Origin: an uncultured Clostridia bacterium
Lineage (GTDB): Bacteria; Bacillota; Clostridia; TANB77; CAG-508
Length of the DNA stretch: 64,000 nt
Assembly: GCA_934162365.1 (NCBI GenBank)
Contig: CAKPIK010000001.1
Location: 234,877 to 298,876, forward strand
Reading direction: 5' to 3'
The notes under the pieces were generated by a model. It was given only the letters and a program-made list of their open reading frames with translations, searched no databases and had not been told where the DNA came from. How positions within the stretch are numbered: the stretch's first letter is position 1; every line of letters starts with the position of its first letter. This document shows positions 57,709-64,000 of this stretch, piece by piece. A program made the position numbers and the translations under genes.

Positions 57709-59319
57709 ATGGCATATACAGCATTATATAGAGAATTTAGACCAAAAACATTTGGAGAAATGGTAGGTCAAGAACATATAACAAAAACATTAAAAAATCA
57801 AATAATGTCTAATAGAGTTGGACATGCATATCTTTTTAATGGTGGACGTGGAACAGGAAAGACTTCAGCTGCTAAAATATTAGCTAGAGCTATAAACTGT
57901 TTAAATCCAAAAGATGGAGAACCATGTAACGAATGTGAAATATGTAAAGGAATAATGTCTGGAGCCATAACAGATGTTGTTGAAATGGATGCTGCTTCAA
58001 ATAATAGTGTTGAAGATATTAGAGCTATTCGTGAAGAAGTAAACTTTTTACCAACAGTTGCAAAATATAGAGTATATATAATAGATGAGGTACATATGTT
58101 ATCAACAGGTGCTTTTAATGCTCTTTTAAAAACATTAGAAGAACCACCAGAGCATGTAAAATTTATTTTAGCAACCACAGAACCACAAAAATTACCAGCA
58201 ACAATTCTTTCAAGATGCCAACGTTTTGATTTCAAAAGAATATCAAACGAAAATATAATTAAAAGATTAAAAATTGTTTGTAAAGAAGCTAAAATAGAAA
58301 TAACAGAGGGAGCGTTAAATACAATAGCTGTACTTTCAGAAGGTGCAATGAGAGATGCTTTAAGCATACTTGAAAGATGTGTGCAAGATGGAGTAAATAA
58401 TATTGATGATAATTACATAAAAGAATTGGTTGGAATTCCTAAACTAGAATATGTAGAAAATATTTTAAGCGGAATTATAGAATATAATATTGAAAACGTA
58501 TTGGGAAATATTGGAAAAGTGCTTGATGAGGGGAAAGATGTAACAAATTTTGTATGGGAACTTATAAAATTTGCGAAAGATTTGCTTATATATAAAACAA
58601 GTGGAAAATTAGATTTGTATTCTGAAGAAGATTTGAAAAAAATAGCAAGCATATGTGAAAAAACAGATAAAGATAGATTACTAGGAATAGTATATAGCTT
58701 ATCTGAACTTGCAAATGATATAAAAACATCTTCTCAAAAACTTATAATTTTCCAAGCTGGGTTAATAAAACTATGCAACAAAGAAACAGGAAATTCTAAT
58801 AGTGATTTAGAAAGAAGAATTGAGCAGTTAGAAAACAAAATAAAAAACGGCATTACTGTAAATAATGTACAACAACCAAGAAATAACAATATAGCAAATA
58901 TGAAAAGTACTTTAGAAGTCAATTCAAATTCTGGAATTGCACAAAATAAACAAGATAATGAAAAAAAATTAAATATACAAGCAGGACCAATTACGAAACA
59001 ATGGCCTAATATAATAAACGAATTAAAAAGTAATGGGAAAATAATGTTATATACTAATTTGTTAAATACAAATGCAGTAGAAATAAATGATATGACAGTG
59101 GGGATTGAATTTCCAAATGGGCTTACAGATTTTAGACAAAGAATGTTAGATATGCCGGAAAATAAAAATGAACTTATAAAGGCTGTATCAATGGCATCTG
59201 GTAAGGAAATGAATATAAAATATATTGATTTAAAAGCAAATGAAAATATACAAAAACAAGATAATAGCGTTGAAGGAATTATGAGTAGTTTAGATATTCC
59301 ATTTAATGTTATAGAATAA
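57709..59319 (+). CDS. dnaX: DNA polymerase III subunit gamma/tau
   Basis: N-terminus MAYTALYREFRPKTFGEMVGQEHI, Walker A GGRGTGKTS, and a Zn module CNECEIC. The ATG at 57709 is taken as the start. Confidence 0.9.
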   Translation: MAYTALYREFRPKTFGEMVGQEHITKTLKNQIMSNRVGHAYLFNGGRGTGKTSAAKILARAINCLNPKDGEPCNECEICKGIMSGAITDVVEMDAASNNSVEDIRAIREEVNFLPTVAKYRVYIIDEVHMLSTGAFNALLKTLEEPPEHVKFILATTEPQKLPATILSRCQRFDFKRISNENIIKRLKIVCKEAKIEITEGALNTIAVLSEGAMRDALSILERCVQDGVNNIDDNYIKELVGIPKLEYVENILSGIIEYNIENVLGNIGKVLDEGKDVTNFVWELIKFAKDLLIYKTSGKLDLYSEEDLKKIASICEKTDKDRLLGIVYSLSELANDIKTSSQKLIIFQAGLIKLCNKETGNSNSDLERRIEQLENKIKNGITVNNVQQPRNNNIANMKSTLEVNSNSGIAQNKQDNEKKLNIQAGPITKQWPNIINELKSNGKIMLYTNLLNTNAVEINDMTVGIEFPNGLTDFRQRMLDMPENKNELIKAVSMASGKEMNIKYIDLKANENIQKQDNSVEGIMSSLDIPFNVIE

Positions 59320-59345
59320 AGAGTAATTTAACATATTCTTAAAGT

Positions 59346-59527
59346 ATGAATTGGTAATTAAAATTTATTAACTTTTGAATATGATAGGAGCCTTCAAACA
59401 AATTTTTAAATTTTATAAATGAGGGTGCAAAAACTTGTTCTTTGGAGAGGCTCATTTTTGAAATTTTAGAATTTGTAGAAGGTGTATTGAATTGAAAAAT
59501 TAATAAATTTTAATTACCAATTCATTT
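59346..59527. repeat. Pair of 26-bp perfect inverted repeats (ATGAATTGGTAATTAAAATTTATTAA) flanking about 125 bp; MITE-like element or structured RNA
   Basis: The left arm is at 59346-59371 and the right-arm reverse complement at 59502-59527. The similarity extends a few bases inward (cttttgaat / tttttcaat). It sits in an unusually long 260-nt dnaX-ybaB spacer. Confidence 0.5.
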
Positions 59528-59583
59528 AATAATTATATTAATTTGTATAAAAATATAAAATAAATTTTAAGGAGGAAATTTTA

Positions 59584-59928
59584 ATGGCAAAAAGAGGAGG
59601 ATTCCCAGGTGGTATGGGAGGATTTGGCGGAATGAATATTAACCAATTAATGAAAGAAGCAAAAAAGATGCAAGCAGATATGGAAAAATCTCAAGAAGAA
59701 TTGGTTTCAAGAGATTTTGAAGCAACAGCAGGTGGCGGAGCAATATCTGTTAAAGTATCAGGAGATAAACAAATAAAAGAAATAAAATTACAAAAAGATA
59801 TAGTTGATCCAGATGATGTTGAAATGTTACAAGATTTAATAATTACTTGTGTAAATGAAGCCTTAAGAAAAGTTGATTCTGCACAAGCACAACAATTTGG
59901 TAAATATAATATTCCAGGATTAATGTAG
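59584..59928 (+). CDS. ybaB: Nucleoid-associated protein YbaB/EbfC
   Basis: The YbaB-family core NINQLMKEAKKMQADMEKSQEEL is present. 114 aa. RBS aaggagga. Confidence 0.85.
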   Translation: MAKRGGFPGGMGGFGGMNINQLMKEAKKMQADMEKSQEELVSRDFEATAGGGAISVKVSGDKQIKEIKLQKDIVDPDDVEMLQDLIITCVNEALRKVDSAQAQQFGKYNIPGLM

Positions 59929-59960
59929 GACAACAGATTTAAATCTTAAGGAGAAATCTT

Positions 59961-60557
59961 ATGAGCTATTACTCACCATCGATTGAAAAATTAATTGAAA
60001 GTTTTGAAAAGTTACCAAGCATAGGACATAAAACGGCTGCTAGGCTTGCTTTTTATATTTTAAATTCTTCAGAAGAAGAAACAAATGAATTTATTAACTC
60101 AATAAAAAATGCTAAAACAAATTTAAAATATTGCTCAAAATGCTATAATATTTCAGACACAGATCCATGTATAATATGTTCTAATCCTAAAAGAGATAAA
60201 AATACAATATGTGTTGTAGAAGATGTTAGAGATATAATTGCAATAGAAAGAACTCATGAATATAAAGGAGTTTATCATGTATTACATGGTTCAATATCAC
60301 CTATGAACGGAATTGGTCCAGATGACATTAAAATAAAAGAATTGTTAGCAAGGATTACTCCAGAAACAAAAGAGGTAATATTAGCAACAAACCCAAGAGT
60401 TGAAGGTGAAGCAACTGCAATGTATATTTCTAAATTATTAAAACCATTAGGTGTAACAATTACAAGAATTGCACATGGAATCCCAATAGGTGGAGATTTA
60501 GAATATACAGATGAAATAACCTTGTCCAAAGCATTAGAAGGAAGAAGAGAATTATAA
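59961..60557 (+). CDS. recR: Recombination protein RecR
   Basis: HhH N-terminus, C4 zinc finger [16 protein letters not shown] and a Toprim domain. 198 aa. Confidence 0.9.
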   Translation: MSYYSPSIEKLIESFEKLPSIGHKTAARLAFYILNSSEEETNEFINSIKNAKTNLKYCSKCYNISDTDPCIICSNPKRDKNTICVVEDVRDIIAIERTHEYKGVYHVLHGSISPMNGIGPDDIKIKELLARITPETKEVILATNPRVEGEATAMYISKLLKPLGVTITRIAHGIPIGGDLEYTDEITLSKALEGRREL

Positions 60558-60559
60558 TA

Positions 60560-60781
60560 TTAACAAGAAATATTTAAGTTATCATCTTTATTATCCGTAT
60601 TTGAAGAACATTGAGCAGCAATTATTGAAAGATTATCACCAACAGTAGTAAGAAAAGCTGCTAGAATATTTATCTCATCGCAATCTAAACATTTAGATAA
60701 AGCAATTGCAAAACTACTAGCAAGATATACAAGCTCACAACTTGATTTATTAGATAAACAAGACATAAAAAAATCACCCAT
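60560..60781 (-). CDS. Hypothetical small Cys-rich protein
   Basis: 73-aa ORF with several Cys. No family recognised; could be spurious. Confidence 0.3.
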   Translation of the reverse strand: MGDFFMSCLSNKSSCELVYLASSFAIALSKCLDCDEINILAAFLTTVGDNLSIIAAQCSSNTDNKDDNLNISC

Positions 60782-60811
60782 ATATAATATGAGTGATTTT
60801 TATTATTGCTA

Positions 60812-61936
60812 TTATTTAAAAATTATTTCACATATTTCTTGTGTAGAATGTGGCTTAGCAAGTAATTTCGTTTTTTCCTTCATAGAATTTAATTTCTCAG
60901 GATTATTAAATATGCTTTCTAAAACTTCTTTTACATTTGAATCCTTTTTTAGCCAAACTGCAACTCCACTATTTTCTAAAAGTTCTGCATTTTCTTCTTC
61001 TTGACCAGGAATTGGATTTATAACTATAATTGGTAATCCGGATGCTAAACTTTCTGTTGTTGTAAGTCCACCAGGTTTGGTTACTACGGCACTTGATATA
61101 CTCATAAGCTCTGGAACCATATTTGTATAATCTAAAACTTTTATTGAATCCTCTCTTGAACTTTCTTTTACAATTTGCTCAAAATGTTCTTTCATTGATT
61201 TGTTTCTACCAGCTATTGCAATTATTTGTAAATCTTTAAAATCTTCTGCAAATGTTTTTAGAATTTCCAAAGTAGTATTCTTACCAAGTCCAAATTCTCC
61301 ACCAGCAAAGAATAAAACAGTTTTTTTAGAATCATCCAAATTAAATTCTTTTAAAATTTCATTTTTATCATACTGTTTTAAAAATCTATTAGAAAGTGGT
61401 ATGCCTGTTGCAAACACTTTAGTAGAGTCAATACCTTTTAATAATAGTTGTTCTCTCATTCCAGAATGTGCAACAAAGAAATAATCAACATATTCTGGAT
61501 ATAATAACCATTGGTCATGTGGAGCATAATCTGTTAAAATTGTTGCAAGTTTAAAATTAGCTTTCCCTTTTTTCTTTAAATAAGCACACATTTGGCTACT
61601 AAAAGGGTGAGTAGATATAACATAATCTGGATTAAATTCTTGCAAGATTTTATTTAATTTTAAAGCCATAAGTTTATTTGAATCGCTAGATATTTTGGCT
61701 ATTGGTCCACGCTCTGATTGCTTATACATAAATCCCCATATTTCAGGCGCTTTTTTAGCAAACTCTTCATATGCTTTTGTAGTAATTTTATTAAATGCTT
61801 TATTTACATACTCAACACAATCAATCATTTCGATTTGTGTATCTTCAAAATTATTTTCTATATATTCTTTTATAGACTTAGCAGCAGATAAATGACCACC
61901 ACCATAAGAACCATAAAATATTAAAACTTTTTTCAT
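60812..61936 (-). CDS. Diacylglycerol glycosyltransferase (UgtP/MGDG-synthase-like GT28 family)
   Basis: The N-terminus MKKVLIFYGSYGGGHLSAAKSIKEYI is diagnostic of the UgtP/MGS family. RBS aaaggag. The ORF track extends 13 codons further upstream. Confidence 0.75.
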   Translation of the reverse strand: MKKVLIFYGSYGGGHLSAAKSIKEYIENNFEDTQIEMIDCVEYVNKAFNKITTKAYEEFAKKAPEIWGFMYKQSERGPIAKISSDSNKLMALKLNKILQEFNPDYVISTHPFSSQMCAYLKKKGKANFKLATILTDYAPHDQWLLYPEYVDYFFVAHSGMREQLLLKGIDSTKVFATGIPLSNRFLKQYDKNEILKEFNLDDSKKTVLFFAGGEFGLGKNTTLEILKTFAEDFKDLQIIAIAGRNKSMKEHFEQIVKESSREDSIKVLDYTNMVPELMSISSAVVTKPGGLTTTESLASGLPIIVINPIPGQEEENAELLENSGVAVWLKKDSNVKEVLESIFNNPEKLNSMKEKTKLLAKPHSTQEICEIIFK

Positions 61937-62057
61937 AAAATCTCCTTTGTAATTTTCTAATGAAAATTTTATCATATAAATTTAAAAATATCAAAAAAAA
62001 TGTAATATTTTTCAAAATTAATGAAAAAATATTATCAAGTATAAACGAGGTGAAAAG

Positions 62058-63419
62058 ATGAGTTTGAAAGAATTTGAAAAAAAGCATATTTTAACAATTA
62101 GTGTTATTTTATTGGTAATTAGTATTTGTGGAATTGCATTTGCATGTCAAAATCAAAAAAAATATACCAGAGTATCTAATAATAAATATAATATGGCATT
62201 TTATGAACTTGTAGATGAAATGGGAAGTGTTGAAAATTATTTAGCTAAATCATTAATTACAAATGATTCACAACAAAGTGCAGAGACATTAATGTATATT
62301 TGGAGAGAAGCAAATTTATCACAAGTATATTTGTCACAAATACCAATTTCAAACGAAGGTTTATCTAACACACAAAAATTCTTAAATCAAGTAAGTGATT
62401 ATAGTTATAGTTTGGCAAGAAAAAGTATAAAAAATGAAAATTTAACACAAAAAGAACTTGATAATTTAAAAGATTTATACAATTATAGTACAGAAGTTAA
62501 TAATACTTTAAATCAATTGTTAACAGAAGTTAGTAGTGGTACTTTAAATTGGAAAGAATTGGAAAATACTGGTTCTATAATGTTTAATAAAGAAATAGAC
62601 AACCCATCAAAAGATAGTTTTAGTAACATAGAAGATAACTTTAAAGAATATGATGGATTAATTTATGATGGTGCTTATTCAGAACACATGACAAATGCAG
62701 AGAAAAAAGGTTTAACAGGCTCAGACATAACAGAAGAAGATGCAAAAAAAATAGCAATAGAATTTGCTGGAGAAAATAATATAAAACAAGTAAATCAAAA
62801 AGGATTATCTGAAAACGGAGAAATAAAAGTATATACTTTTGAAATAGAAACAAATCAAGATGCAAATATAACAATAGCAATTACTCAAAAAGGTGGACAC
62901 ATATTATTTATGAACTATAACAGAAATGTTACTGAAGAAAAAATAGGTATAGAAGAAGCAGACAAAATGGCATTAAAATTTTTAGAAGAAAAAGGTTTTA
63001 AAAATATGAAAAAAACTTACTATACAAAAGAAGCAGGAGTTTTAACAATAAATTATGCATATGAGGAAGATGATGTAATAGTATATGCAGATTTAATAAA
63101 AGTAAAAATTGCCTTGGACAATGGTGATATCTTAGGAATAGAAACAACAGGATATTTAAATAATCATGAAAAAAGAAATATAAACAAAACAAATATAATT
63201 TCTAGTAATCAAGCAACAAAAATGGCGAATGATAATTTAAAAATAGAAAACACAAGACTTGCAATTATACCAACAGAATTTAAAACAGAAATCTTTTGTT
63301 GGGAAGTAAAAGGACAAGTAGAAGATAGAGACTTTTTATTATATGTAAATGCAAAAACAGGAAAAGTAGAAGACATATTAGTAATAATAGAAAGTGCAAA
63401 TGGAGTTTTAACACAATAG
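62058..63419 (+). CDS. ypeB: Germination protein YpeB-like (N-terminal TM plus PepSY-type C-domains)
   Basis: MAFYELVDEMGSVENYL and IWREANLSQVYLSQIPI parallel the B. subtilis YpeB segments RAFHELTYQVDQL and VWRITSEAHNSVSQLPL. No sleB is adjacent. Confidence 0.6.
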   Translation: MSLKEFEKKHILTISVILLVISICGIAFACQNQKKYTRVSNNKYNMAFYELVDEMGSVENYLAKSLITNDSQQSAETLMYIWREANLSQVYLSQIPISNEGLSNTQKFLNQVSDYSYSLARKSIKNENLTQKELDNLKDLYNYSTEVNNTLNQLLTEVSSGTLNWKELENTGSIMFNKEIDNPSKDSFSNIEDNFKEYDGLIYDGAYSEHMTNAEKKGLTGSDITEEDAKKIAIEFAGENNIKQVNQKGLSENGEIKVYTFEIETNQDANITIAITQKGGHILFMNYNRNVTEEKIGIEEADKMALKFLEEKGFKNMKKTYYTKEAGVLTINYAYEEDDVIVYADLIKVKIALDNGDILGIETTGYLNNHEKRNINKTNIISSNQATKMANDNLKIENTRLAIIPTEFKTEIFCWEVKGQVEDRDFLLYVNAKTGKVEDILVIIESANGVLTQ

Positions 63420-63528
63420 CTTGAATTGAAAAAATTTCTAAAATAAAAAACAAAAATCTCCTAATAATATAAATAAGTTAATTAACTTTTCATTATTCAT
63501 ATTAATAAAAAAATAAAAGGAGGACAAT

Positions 63529-63696
63529 ATGTCTAGAAAAACAAATATTATGACTGATAAGTTAAAAGAAGAAATTGCAAAAGAGTTAGGAGTATATGAT
63601 ACAGTAAAAAGAGATGGTGGATGGCAAAATGTTTCGTCAAAAGACTGTGGAAATATAGTAACAAAAGCAATAGAAATAGCAAATAGAAAAGTATAG
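63529..63696 (+). CDS. Alpha/beta-type small acid-soluble spore protein
   Basis: 55 aa, not in the ORF track. KEEIAKELGV...CGNIVTKAIEIA matches the SASP alpha/beta signature. RBS aaaggagg. Confidence 0.8.
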   Translation: MSRKTNIMTDKLKEEIAKELGVYDTVKRDGGWQNVSSKDCGNIVTKAIEIANRKV

Positions 63697-63829
63697 ATGG
63701 AATTTTAAAAATAAAATACAGTGAATAATTAATTATTTGCTGTATTTTTATTTTGCAAAATCATATATATACATATTGTAATAATTAATTTTCTATCATA
63801 TAATATATAAAAACTATAAGAGGTATAAG

Positions 63830-64000
63830 ATGAAAGATATATTAGTAAAAGATATTTTAAGAGAATGTAATGGAAAATTAATATGTGGAAACGAAAATGA
63901 AATCTGCGAAAATTTTTCTAAAGATACAAGAGAGATAAAAACAGGTGATATATATTTAGGAATAAAAGGCGAGAGGTTTAATGGCAGTAATTTCTATAAA
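63830..64000 (+). CDS. murF: UDP-MurNAc-tripeptide--D-Ala-D-Ala ligase MurF, N-terminal fragment that runs off the window
   Basis: ILRECNGKLICGNENEICENFSKDTREIKTGDIYLGIKGERFNG resembles the MurF N-terminus. RBS taagaggtataagatg. Confidence 0.6.
   Translation, partial: MKDILVKDILRECNGKLICGNENEICENFSKDTREIKTGDIYLGIKGERFNGSNFYK

Noticed and set aside
1-64000. CRISPR arrays, IS elements with transposase genes, rRNA genes
   Set aside because: No regularly spaced direct repeats, no transposase or integrase ORF, and no rRNA-like conserved stretches were seen anywhere in the window.

Overview
This is an AT-rich (about 27% GC) chromosomal segment from an endospore-forming Firmicute of the Clostridia type. 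Most of it is a conserved housekeeping and sporulation backbone. It includes splB, a PBP5-type D-Ala-D-Ala carboxypeptidase, tRNA-Gly and tRNA-Cys, lepB, holB, yaaT, a four-subunit 2-oxoacid:ferredoxin oxidoreductase operon, trmL, gatCAB, rpsT, mscL, mfd, engB, serS, bofA, glmS with its ribozyme leader, uvrC, a polysaccharide deacetylase, yqfC/yqfD, ybeY, dgkA, era, recO, an SRP RNA followed by dnaX-ybaB-recR, an ugtP-like gene, a ypeB-like gene, an alpha/beta-type SASP, and the start of murF. Accessory content sits within this backbone. (1) The 5' 6.4 kb carries a CHAP-domain hydrolase, an XRE regulator, and a 1017-aa multi-TM/coiled-coil protein whose signal peptide appears separated from it by a frameshift in a T7 run; this looks like the edge of a mobile or conjugation-like module. 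(2) A 1662-aa surface adhesin with an N-terminal thioester (TED) domain, four CnaB-type repeats and four DUF11-type repeats. (3) A two-gene cassette whose proteins have pilin/TadE-like hydrophobic N-termini. (4) An agr-type peptide quorum-sensing locus (agrB, a 39-aa agrD, convergent agrC-like kinase and LytTR regulator). (5) A GC-richer PIN-PhoH (YlaK-type) gene preceded by a perfect promoter and two perfect palindromes. (6) A 26-bp perfect inverted repeat pair flanking about 125 bp between dnaX and ybaB, MITE-like or a structured RNA. Other anomalies are an apparent +1 frameshift in a 2x[4Fe-4S] ferredoxin gene, an M23 peptidase whose N-terminal TM segment lies upstream of any canonical start codon, a DgkA fused to a degenerate PAP2-like domain, and an MscL with a C-terminal zinc ribbon. 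Protein family calls rest on conserved motifs I recognised by eye. No database search was run.
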